Source: a virus
Virus record (IMG/VR): IMGVR_UViG_3300020037_004335
Span: 3,445-67,444 of that record
Reading direction: 5' to 3' (one strand)
Length of the DNA stretch: 64,000 nt
The position numbers were made by a program, and so were the translations under genes. Shown here in pieces: positions 21,761-30,480 of this stretch (position 1 is its first letter; the number at the start of each line of letters is the position of its first letter). The notes under the pieces are model-generated. The model saw nothing but the letters and a program-made list of their open reading frames with translations. It did not search any database and was not told the DNA's origin.

Positions 21761-22438
21761 ATGAAACCAATCAAATCTAAAAAAAAGAATAATTCATTTG
21801 AAGAAGATGAAATAAGTTTATCTAACGAATCAAACAATAAAGAAATGATGAAAACTCTAACAATGAGAGATAAAGATTCATTGCATCCATATCTTCAAGA
21901 TAGAATTAATCAACAAATAACCATTGAAACAAAGAAACAACTCGAGTCAATTAGAAAATCTCTTGATAAAGAAGACTTTGAGATCATGAAAGCGATTACG
22001 AAAGGAATGTCTGAAAAAGACATTAAAGAAGCTTATAATGTAGATCATCAATACATTGAGAATCTTTATTTAAATCCAGTGTTCTTAGAAGAATTAAGTA
22101 AATTACAAATGGAAAATACTTTTATATCAAAAGACTTTAGAAATAAAGAACTCTCTAAATTATCTGCTAGATTAATGTATGACTTACTTGAGAATAATGA
22201 AATCAGTTATATTCCAGCTCAAGAAAAGATGAGATTACTTCTTAAAATATCTGAACAATTTGATAAACAAGAAGAAGAAAAGAAAATTAATCTTGACGTT
22301 ACAGTTCAACTCAAACAAATGGGAATTGATGAAAATAGAATTAAACTTGATAACAATGGAGTTCCAATAATTAAAAGTAAATTCAAGACATTTCAAGACG
22401 TAACTATTGATAATGATACTGGTAAAATACTTAAGTAG
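21761..22438 (+). CDS. Probable terminase small subunit (HTH plus helical oligomerisation region)
   Basis: First gene of the rightward arm, upstream of terL-portal; KGMSEKDIKEAYNVDHQYIENL HTH-like; late-promoter motif upstream. Confidence 0.55.
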   Translation: MKPIKSKKKNNSFEEDEISLSNESNNKEMMKTLTMRDKDSLHPYLQDRINQQITIETKKQLESIRKSLDKEDFEIMKAITKGMSEKDIKEAYNVDHQYIENLYLNPVFLEELSKLQMENTFISKDFRNKELSKLSARLMYDLLENNEISYIPAQEKMRLLLKISEQFDKQEEEKKINLDVTVQLKQMGIDENRIKLDNNGVPIIKSKFKTFQDVTIDNDTGKILK

Positions 22439-22463
22439 ACTTCTAATAAAGGGATCGGTCTTA

Positions 22464-23243
22464 TCTTTATTTTTAATTTCTTTATCTAATTAACTTTATT
22501 CAATAAAGAGCTTATAAAAAAAACTTACGTAACCGCTACATATTTTACGTAAGTTTTTCTAAACTCTCATGTTTAAAGGAAATGTATTATTGTTTTCATA
22601 CTTACTATAATATCTAAAAATCAATTCTCTCTTATCTCTTATCAATTTATAGAAGACTTATTTTGTCTTTAATATATTTTATCCTTTTTAAAATAAACTC
22701 TTCTTAAAATCAATTTCTTAAAGAAGTTATTCATCTTTAATTTTCTCTTTTAATCATTTCTAAATTCTTAACTTAAATTTAACTATTTTTACTATTGACT
22801 TTCTTTAATCTATACTGTATTTTTAAGAACTTATATAATATATTATAATAATATATATAATAATATTAACTCTTATAATAATATCTTTATTTAAATAAGA
22901 TCTTTAAGAATATATTATTTATTATAATATTCTTCTTTTAATATTTAACTCTTATAAGATTATATTATTTAAATAAGATCTTAATTTAATATATATTATA
23001 TTTAAATATATTATAATAATATATTCTTCTTATAATAAGATCTTATATAATATATTATATAAGATCTCTTAAAAATACACTATGAGTTATAAAAAGTCAA
23101 ATTAAATTTAGGTTAAAGTAATTACTTCTTTTAGATGAAAGATAAAATCTTATTTACGTAAAATATGTAAAGGTTACGTAAATTTTTTTTATAAGCTCTT
23201 TATTGAAATAATAGAACTGATATAAAGAAATTAAAAATAAAGA
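22464..23243. repeat. Nested inverted-repeat, extremely AT-rich non-coding locus; candidate replication origin or packaging/terminus site
   Basis: About 90-bp arms 22464-22552 / 23154-23243; TTACGTAA at 22525, 22545, 23154, 23174; inner arms with convergent TTGACT-17-TATTTT; perfect 30-bp palindrome 23038-23067. Confidence 0.85.
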
Positions 23244-23406
23244 CTCAAGATATTGAATTGACTTGTAATGCTTATTATTATTTGTTTAAATCGTAAGACA
23301 CTATAAAACTAATTTATAGAGGAGATTTATTAAATATAGTCCAAATATACTCAAGATATAAAAACTCTTCTTAAAATTGAAATTTGATAGGAAAGAATTG
23401 ATTTAA

Positions 23407-25335
23407 ATGAGTGGCGTAATATTAAAAGAGAGATCTCAACAACAACTATTTTTAGAAACAATAAGATATTCTTACGATTTACCTGATGATTGTGCTGGAT
23501 TCATAACTGACTTCACTAACTTATTTCAAGAAATAGATGGAACTACATTTGATCCGTATGGTAAGCAAGTTGAATTTATGAATCTTTTGAATAAAAAAGA
23601 TAGAATAGTAGTTATACTCAAACCACGTCAATGTTTAACTGGAGATAGTTTAATTGATATTGGATCGAAGAAAATTAAAATAAAAGAACTTTATGAGATG
23701 AATTACAGAGATAATTGTATTTCCTTTAATGGTTTTTGTAAAAGTGAAGACAAAGTTGTTGATATATGGGAATCTGGAGTAAAAGAAGTTTATGAAGTAA
23801 TTCTAAGCAATGGAATGAAACTTAAATCAACTTTAGAACACAAGTACAATACTAACAATGGGTTTAAAGAACTTAAATATATTCTAAATACTGATTTAAT
23901 AGTAACTCAAGATGGATTAGCTAAGTTAAAAGACTTAAGATATTTAGGCAATGAAATAACTTATGACTTAGAAACAGAGAAATTTCATAACTATTTTGCA
24001 AATGGAATCAATGTTCATAACAGTGGATTTAGTACAGCAATTGTAGCAAGAGCAGTATTTGAAGCATATTTTAACAAGATTCCAGAAATTATAGTAGTTT
24101 CAGCTACTAGAACTCAAGCAGAGAAAGTATTAGATAGAATTAGAAAAGCTTTCTACTCAATGCCTGACTTCATGATTCCAAAATTTAAACAAGAGAACAA
24201 GTCAATGCTAGAATTGCAGAATGGAATCAAGATTATATCGCTTTCTTCTAATCCAGATTCTATGAGAGGTTGGACTGGAACATTCTACTTAGATGAGTAT
24301 GCTATTATTCCAGAAAACGACTCAATTCAAATCTATGAAGCAGTTTATCCTTCAACTACTAAGACCGGAAGAATTGTAGCAATATCAACTCCAAAAGGCA
24401 AGAAAGGAATGTATTATAGACTCGCTACTCAATCATTTACTGAAGTAACTGGAAAACAGATTAAAAATGATAAAAAGATATTTAGAATTGAATGGAAAGA
24501 TGTTCCACACATTGTAGACGCAGTTGAGAATAAAAGATTGTTTGATGGATTAGATGCTCAAATGTTAGATCAGGAATATAACTTGAACTTTAGAGATGAA
24601 GAAAATGAGCCATATTTATCTGATGATTTCTTAATGGAAAACTTTATTGAGAGAGATGGATATATTCCTTTATTCACTTGCTTTGAAGATATTAAGTTGA
24701 ACGATTATATTGACGATCATGAAAAAATGCTTCCATCTGATTTAAATTACAAGATTTTAAAAGAATCTTATGAAACTGAAACTGGATATATATCTCTTGA
24801 AGAAGTTTATGAAGACTTTATTGGAGGTTGGGATATAGCTTCAGTTAATGATGATTCAATATTTGGAGTTGCTGGAATAAGAAGAGATAATCCATTAAAA
24901 AAAGAGATTATATTTGAGACGGATCTAAAGAAATTGACTCAAGATATTATAAGACAAGCTAACTACGCTAAGAAGTTAATTGACTTTTTCCAATTATCTC
25001 AATTAACTCTTGATTATAGAGGTTTAGGTAGAGGTGTTGGAGATTATATTTTAAACGATGAGAAGTATGATGAAGATATGATTATTAAATTTGAAGCTAC
25101 TCAAGATAATAAAGTTGATGGATTCGTTAACCTTAAATCAGAAATGAGTAAAGGATTACTTAAAAGAAGATTCGATGGAAGTAAACAAGATAAAAATCAT
25201 CTAAATCAATGTCAAAATATGTATATGATTGGTAGCAAAATAATTGGTAAGGGTGGAAAAGATGACTATCCTAATATGTTAATGATGCTAATTCAAGCAT
25301 CTAGCTATACAGAAGGTGGATTTTATGTTATTTAA
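23407..25335 (+). CDS. terL: Terminase large subunit with intein
   Basis: PYGKQ, KPRQ|SGFST Walker A, SMRG, FYLDEYA Walker B, ISTPKG, GWDIA RNase H nuclease, GGKDDY. Confidence 0.93.
   Translation: MSGVILKERSQQQLFLETIRYSYDLPDDCAGFITDFTNLFQEIDGTTFDPYGKQVEFMNLLNKKDRIVVILKPRQCLTGDSLIDIGSKKIKIKELYEMNYRDNCISFNGFCKSEDKVVDIWESGVKEVYEVILSNGMKLKSTLEHKYNTNNGFKELKYILNTDLIVTQDGLAKLKDLRYLGNEITYDLETEKFHNYFANGINVHNSGFSTAIVARAVFEAYFNKIPEIIVVSATRTQAEKVLDRIRKAFYSMPDFMIPKFKQENKSMLELQNGIKIISLSSNPDSMRGWTGTFYLDEYAIIPENDSIQIYEAVYPSTTKTGRIVAISTPKGKKGMYYRLATQSFTEVTGKQIKNDKKIFRIEWKDVPHIVDAVENKRLFDGLDAQMLDQEYNLNFRDEENEPYLSDDFLMENFIERDGYIPLFTCFEDIKLNDYIDDHEKMLPSDLNYKILKESYETETGYISLEEVYEDFIGGWDIASVNDDSIFGVAGIRRDNPLKKEIIFETDLKKLTQDIIRQANYAKKLIDFFQLSQLTLDYRGLGRGVGDYILNDEKYDEDMIIKFEATQDNKVDGFVNLKSEMSKGLLKRRFDGSKQDKNHLNQCQNMYMIGSKIIGKGGKDDYPNMLMMLIQASSYTEGGFYVI
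23632..24021 (+). mobile_element. 130-aa mini-intein in the TerL Walker A motif
   Basis: CLTGDSLI...STLEHK...TYDLETEKFHNYFANGINVHN|S; no endonuclease domain. Confidence 0.93.
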
Positions 25336-26791
25336 CGAAAATGAACTAAATACTCTTGAAAATGAGTTAAAAATAGAAGAAGAGATTAAAAGAAGTGGTA
25401 AATATCCAGATTATGAACAAATGAGTCCTTCCTTCTCAGCAATCGCTCACAATCTTCCGATAACCAATAAGGAAAACATTGGAGGAATATCTGGAGATCC
25501 TTACATAAACAATCTCAATAGAACTACTTATGATACAATTGGAGCTTCATTTTATACTCTCAGACTGTTATATGAGAGAAGTAATTGGGTTAAGTTCTCT
25601 AATGTTGTTATAAGTCAAATGTTTTTATCAGCTAAACCACTTTATAGAATTAAATCAGAATCAAATAAAACTAATTCTGTTAAAGATATGGATGAGTTGT
25701 TGAAATATCCGAATAAGAATACTACAAGACATGAACTGTTTACAAATACAATTCATTCTCTTATCAGTTGTGGTAACTCTTACTGGCAAATCATTAAAAA
25801 GAGAAATGGTAAAATTCACTCAATTCATTATATTACACCAGATTCAATAAGAGTAGTTCCTTTTGTTAATAAAAGAGATGGTCAGATAGATTACGCTTAC
25901 CTTCACATTAATATGCTTCAGAATTCTATTGATAAAGTGTATTTCTCAGATGAAATAATTCATTTTAAAATTCCAAATCCTTTCAATGAGTTGTATGGTT
26001 TAACTGAGTTAAGTCCATTATTGTTAGATTGTACATTCGACTTAGAAGCTAAAAAATACATCTCAAGTTGGTTTCAACAAAGCTTTATGGGTGGAATGAT
26101 ATTTGAAATGAAAAACTCAAATAAAGAAGCTGTTAGAAGGAATAGACAAGAGATGAGAGAGAAGTTTGAAGGAACTAAAAACGCTGGAAGAACTTTAGTA
26201 TTAGAAGGTGATATGACACTTGTAAATGACGGTAACAAGATGAGAGATATTGATTTCACTAAACTCAAACAAGTTTCAAGAGATGATATATTTAATACAT
26301 TCGGAATCCCATTAAGTCAAGCTGGAATAAGATCTGAGAACGGTAATGGCAATGAAGCGATAATTAATGCTGAGATTATATCAGCTTTAAGAAACGTTGT
26401 TTATAGATATACATCAATCATGTACGAGAGAATCAATTTATCTCTTTTCAGAAATATTTTAAAAGATTCTGACTTAACTATAGAATCAGGAACAGATGGA
26501 ACATTCTCTCTTGCTAATGCTTCTAACATTGTAGCAAGTGCTTCTAAATATGCTGGAACTACAATCAATGAAAATAGAGAAATTATGGGATTACCTGTTA
26601 TTGATGATAAAGAGCAAACTCAATACTATGATAAACCACTTGTTTCAACTAATAATGGTATTTTACCTTTACCGACTTTATTTGAAAACTTCGAGTTATC
26701 TTCTAAAATGGGAGCTAATACAAATGCTGGAAACATCAAACAACCTTCATTGAAAGTAAGTACAGAACAATCTAAAATTAAAGTGGATTGA
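25316..26791 (+). CDS. Portal protein (HK97-like family)
   Basis: LLKYPN, GNSYW, DEIIHFK...YGLTEL, NAGRTLVLEG, FGIP, TINENRE..GLP; follows terL. Confidence 0.92.
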   Translation: MDFMLFNENELNTLENELKIEEEIKRSGKYPDYEQMSPSFSAIAHNLPITNKENIGGISGDPYINNLNRTTYDTIGASFYTLRLLYERSNWVKFSNVVISQMFLSAKPLYRIKSESNKTNSVKDMDELLKYPNKNTTRHELFTNTIHSLISCGNSYWQIIKKRNGKIHSIHYITPDSIRVVPFVNKRDGQIDYAYLHINMLQNSIDKVYFSDEIIHFKIPNPFNELYGLTELSPLLLDCTFDLEAKKYISSWFQQSFMGGMIFEMKNSNKEAVRRNRQEMREKFEGTKNAGRTLVLEGDMTLVNDGNKMRDIDFTKLKQVSRDDIFNTFGIPLSQAGIRSENGNGNEAIINAEIISALRNVVYRYTSIMYERINLSLFRNILKDSDLTIESGTDGTFSLANASNIVASASKYAGTTINENREIMGLPVIDDKEQTQYYDKPLVSTNNGILPLPTLFENFELSSKMGANTNAGNIKQPSLKVSTEQSKIKVD

Positions 26792-26910
26792 TGATACTTT
26801 AAAATTATACTTTATAGAGGACTTTATTCATTTAAAGTCCTTTTGTACTATCTTGATATAAACTCTTCTTATTTGACTTGCTATGAGTGCTAGAATTAAT
26901 TTAAATTCAT

Positions 26911-26967
26911 TTGACAAAAGATATTTTAGCAGTTATGATTAACTGTATATAGAATTTTAATAAAGGA
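26911..26967 (+). promoter_or_regulatory. Sigma70-type early promoter plus conserved leader box
   Basis: TTGACA-17-TATGAT then ATATAGAATTTTAATAAAGGA. Confidence 0.75.
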
Positions 26968-26974
26968 GCATTAA

Positions 26975-27679
26975 ATGAACAAAATTGAATTAATTAAATC
27001 ACAAGATCCAGAATACAAGATGTTGAAATACATTAAAGATAATTTTCAAAGCAAGCCATATTCTTTGATAGCTTATGAATTAAATAAGATGGGTTACAAG
27101 AATAAAAACGGTAATGATTTAAGCAGATTTAACATTAAAGATATACTCAAATACAAACTAAAATTAAGTAAAAAAGAAGATTTAAATAAAGAAGCAATAA
27201 AGAAATTTGAATTAAATAAAAACAAAATAAACAATATAGTAAAAGCTACTTTAAATTATTCTGATTCTAAGATTTCTAGTGTTTTAAATACTTTAGAATT
27301 ATTTACTCAAACTGGTAAAGAATGGACTGTTAACTATCTTTGCCAATATCGTCTAAATAATAAAGATTTTAAAAAGTTTGAGTATTTTGGAAGAAACGCT
27401 AATATTTATAAAAAGAGTGAAGAAAAGATAGACTATAAAATTGAAAAAATGATGCTTCAAACAATTAAAGATAATCTAGATAAAGCAGATTACGAGATTG
27501 TTGAAATATTAAATAATGAAAAAATTAAACCATTAAAAGCGTTGAAATGGACTAAAGAAAATTTGTATCACTATAGAATTTCAAGAAACATTCACAGAAC
27601 CTCCATACAAGATAAATCGATTAAATCAAGAGGAGGAACTAAGAAGAAATATTACAATATTAACTATAATAATATGTAG
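26975..27679 (+). CDS. Protein with three tandem recombinase-type DNA-binding repeats and no catalytic domain
   Basis: IAYELNKMGYKNKNGNDLSRFNI, ISSVLNTLELFTQTGKEWTVNYL, IVEILNNEKIKPLKALKWTKENL match IAxxLNxxGxxTxxGxxWxxxxV. Confidence 0.65.
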   Translation: MNKIELIKSQDPEYKMLKYIKDNFQSKPYSLIAYELNKMGYKNKNGNDLSRFNIKDILKYKLKLSKKEDLNKEAIKKFELNKNKINNIVKATLNYSDSKISSVLNTLELFTQTGKEWTVNYLCQYRLNNKDFKKFEYFGRNANIYKKSEEKIDYKIEKMMLQTIKDNLDKADYEIVEILNNEKIKPLKALKWTKENLYHYRISRNIHRTSIQDKSIKSRGGTKKKYYNINYNNM

Positions 27680-27789
27680 CTACTCACTAATTATTGTTTG
27701 CTGAGAATGTTAATTAAGGTTACTGATAACAGTCTTGATCTGATTAAGTTCAAATAACATTCTCTAAAAAAATATTCTAATAAAAATCT

Positions 27790-27818
27790 TGACAAACTCA
27801 AATAAATATGTTTTAATT
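27790..27818 (+). promoter_or_regulatory. Sigma70-type promoter of the tRNA pair
   Basis: TTGACA-17-TTTAAT with extended TG. Confidence 0.55.
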
Positions 27819-27901
27819 AGAATTGACATGTGAAATAGTCCTTATAAGAGTTAAGATAACACAGTTGTTTTTAATAAAACTTTCTTAACTTTTATTTATT
27901 T

Positions 27902-27972
27902 AGCGGAAGAGTGAAACGGTTCACGTGAGGCTCATAACCTCAAAACATTTGGTTCGACTCCAATTTCCGCAT
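27902..27972 (+). tRNA. tRNA-Met (CAT), possibly initiator-like
   Basis: Acceptor GCGGAA/TTCCGC with 1:72 mismatch, D arm GTGA/TCAC, anticodon arm TGAGG-CTCATAA-CCTCA, T loop TTCGACT; CCA not encoded. Confidence 0.85.
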
Positions 27973-27976
27973 TATG

Positions 27977-28047
27977 GCTACTGTAGTTCAACTGGTAGAA
28001 CACTCTAAAGCACATTGAGAGATTAGGTTCGACTCCTATCAGTAGAT
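27977..28047 (+). tRNA. Degenerate tRNA or tRNA-like RNA (nominal GCA/Cys anticodon, non-canonical loop)
   Basis: Intact acceptor CTACTG/CAGTAG, D arm GTTC/GAAC, T arm TAGG-TTCGACT-CCTA; anticodon loop AAGCACA lacks U33 and purine 37. Confidence 0.55.
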
Positions 28048-28077
28048 TTAAATACTCCTTCAATAAATAATTCATTT

Positions 28078-28106
28078 AATCAAGTAGCAATGCTTGATTT
28101 TTTTTT
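28078..28106 (+). terminator. Rho-independent terminator after the tRNAs
   Basis: aatcaagt-agcaat-gcttgatt followed by a T-run. Confidence 0.7.
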
Positions 28107-28153
28107 GCTTTTATGTTATCATTTACTTAGAATCATTTTAAAAGGTTAGAAAA

Positions 28154-29092
28154 TTGAAACAAAGAGCGATTATAGAAGAAACTAAACAAGAGAAAAAAGA
28201 GAAGTTTAAAAACTCATTCTCAGTTAGTAACATGATAAAAGAAGCTTACTTAAATAAACCAGATACTCACAAGAGTAAAGAAGGTTATGTTTCAATCTCT
28301 CAAATATCTGGAAACAGTTGCTTGAGAAAAGCTTATTATAAACTCAACAAAACTCCAATTCAGAACAAAACATTTGAAGGTTCTTTTATTACTGGAGTCG
28401 GTAACTTAGTTCATGATTCTCTTCAAGAAGTTTTATTAAATCTCAATACTTTAAGTACAGTGTTTCCAGAATTTAAAGGAGTTGAAGAATACTTTGAAGA
28501 TCATGATTTAAAGCTTACTGGAAGCACAGATGGATATTTTGAACATAAAGATGGCTCTATAACCGTTAACGACTTTAAAACGTGTGGTTTGAATATGTAT
28601 TTGTATCTAATCAATTCAAATAAACCAAAAAAAGATCATGTAAATCAAGTTCATTGGTATGCTTATCTTTACAAGAAACAACAAAATAAAGTGATAAACG
28701 ATTTAAAAATTACTTATATTTGTAAGAATCAGGGAAAGCCACACTTTATCAATGATGATGTTCTTAAATCATTTAATGAAACTCATTCTTATTTAAAGAA
28801 TCTAGTTGAATGGTATGAGAGTAAAGATAAAGAAACTCCAGAAAATCTAATGAAAGCTTATTATCAAGCTAATTCTCACAAAAATGAATTAGATAAACTT
28901 GCCTTCAATCACGAAGAAGACTTTATGTTTAAAGAATTTACGTTTAAATACGATGAATCTATAATTGAAGCTGAAATAGAGAAATTAAAGCAGTTTTGGG
29001 ATAGATTGAATGAAGGTAAGAAGCTTCCTAATAAAATATCAACTAAGTACATCTGTGATAGTTGTCCTTATTTAAAGACTTGTAGAGGTTAA
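28154..29092 (+). CDS. Cas4-like PD-(D/E)xK exonuclease with Fe-S cysteines
   Basis: SCLRKAYY, GNLVHD, GSTDG, NDFKT, QVHWYAY, C-terminal ICDSCPYLKTC. Confidence 0.85.
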   Translation: MKQRAIIEETKQEKKEKFKNSFSVSNMIKEAYLNKPDTHKSKEGYVSISQISGNSCLRKAYYKLNKTPIQNKTFEGSFITGVGNLVHDSLQEVLLNLNTLSTVFPEFKGVEEYFEDHDLKLTGSTDGYFEHKDGSITVNDFKTCGLNMYLYLINSNKPKKDHVNQVHWYAYLYKKQQNKVINDLKITYICKNQGKPHFINDDVLKSFNETHSYLKNLVEWYESKDKETPENLMKAYYQANSHKNELDKLAFNHEEDFMFKEFTFKYDESIIEAEIEKLKQFWDRLNEGKKLPNKISTKYICDSCPYLKTCRG

Positions 29093-29094
29093 AT

Positions 29095-29331
29095 ATGATA
29101 AGAACTAGAGTCGCTAAAAGTAAAAGAGATGAATATAATTCTGAATATGGTAATGTTAGTGCTATAGATATTCATATTCTATTTGATGCTTCTGAAGATG
29201 ATTTAAATCATTTAAAAAATAAAGAAATAAATAAAAGTTTAAAGAAAATATATGAACATTGTGAAAAGATGAATTTATCATTTTTAAGTTATTTAGATGA
29301 GTTGTTATATGAAGAAGGTAAAATGTTATGA
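29095..29331 (+). CDS. Hypothetical protein
   Basis: Coupled ORF in a rightward operon. Confidence 0.5.
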   Translation: MIRTRVAKSKRDEYNSEYGNVSAIDIHILFDASEDDLNHLKNKEINKSLKKIYEHCEKMNLSFLSYLDELLYEEGKML

Positions 29332-30320
29332 AAAGACCGAATATATTAAGTAAGAAAACAATAATAAAGCATGAGCTTTTAATGTGTAAAGATGATGACA
29401 ATGTTTGTTATTGCATTCAATGTTTTCATAATAAAATTCTTCTAGAATTAATTGATTATACAGAAGAGCTTGAGAGAGAAAATTTAGTTAATCATAGTTT
29501 AAATTCAAGTACTATTCTTGAAAATAAAAAAATTAAACAAGAAATTAAAGAATTGAGAGAAGAAAACTTAATTCTTAAAACTCCTAAACTATATAAAAGT
29601 TCAATAGAAAACGATATAGAGTTAAGTAATGAAAACAAGTATCTTTTAGAGTTAGCAAGTCTTAAATAATATGAACAAGCCAGAAATATTAAATATGAGA
29701 GATGTGTTACAATCTAATATAATTGGTTGTAGTACTCCAGAATGTAATCCACAAAAAGGTTTTTGTGTTTATTGTAGATATGAGAGAGAGATACTTGATA
29801 TAATCCAATATGTTAATCAACTTGAAGCATTAAATAAATCTCTTGAGTCTGAAAAACAATCCTTAACTAATACTAATTCAGTTTATCAAAATCAAATAAC
29901 TAAGTTAGAGAAATATAAAGAAAGACTTCGTGAATTAGAAGATAAAGTTAAAGAAGCTGTAGATATATTAGAAACTGAGAGCGAGATATAATGAATAAGC
30001 AAAAAGCACAAATATTAATAAATAAATACAAATCTAAGTATTTTGACTGTGATACTCCTAAATGTGGAGAAAATGGATTGTGTTGGGATTGCAATAAAAT
30101 TAAACCTCTTATTGATTTATTCGGTTATTTAGAAAGTCTTGAGAAAAAGCTTGAAATAGTTGATACATCCGATATATCAAATCAAACAATAAATATGCTT
30201 AAAGAGAGAATTGATGTTCTTGAAAAAGAAGCAAAAGGTTTGAGATGGATAAAAGATGAATATAATGACTTTCAAGACAAACTTAAACGAGCTTTACTTA
30301 TTCTCGATATAGAAGTATAA
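29328..30320 (+). CDS. Three tandem paralogous Cys4 (putative Zn-binding) coiled-coil proteins (29328-29669, 29671-29991, 29991-30320)
   Basis: C..C..CxxC clusters followed by LxDLxxYxxxLE and heptads; similar N-termini. Confidence 0.65.
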
Positions 30321-30480
30321 TTATAAAAAAGGAATATCGAATAATGAGTGAAAAAGATTGGTTAATTGCATTATGGGTTGGATTGATTGCTATAAGTTTT
30401 AGTTTTGATAGACAATTCAATCAAACAAAAGAGTTAATAAAAGAAGTAAAAATGGATTGTAGTAAAAGGAAATAAGTAAA

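Noticed and set aside
23038-23067. Definite protelomerase (telRL) site
   Set aside because: No protelomerase gene in the window, and AT-only palindromes arise easily; mentioned only as an alternative hypothesis
22440-23400. Possible CRISPR mini-array, given the Cas4-like gene at 28154
   Set aside because: No regularly spaced identical repeats with unique spacers; Cas4-like nucleases are common stand-alone phage genes
28002-28008. CTCTAAA in the second tRNA looks like an amber-suppressor anticodon loop, hinting at TAG recoding
   Set aside because: It lies in the 5' strand of the anticodon stem with no flanking stem of its own; genes are full length in code 11 and TAG acts as a stop (e.g. 56113, 56349)
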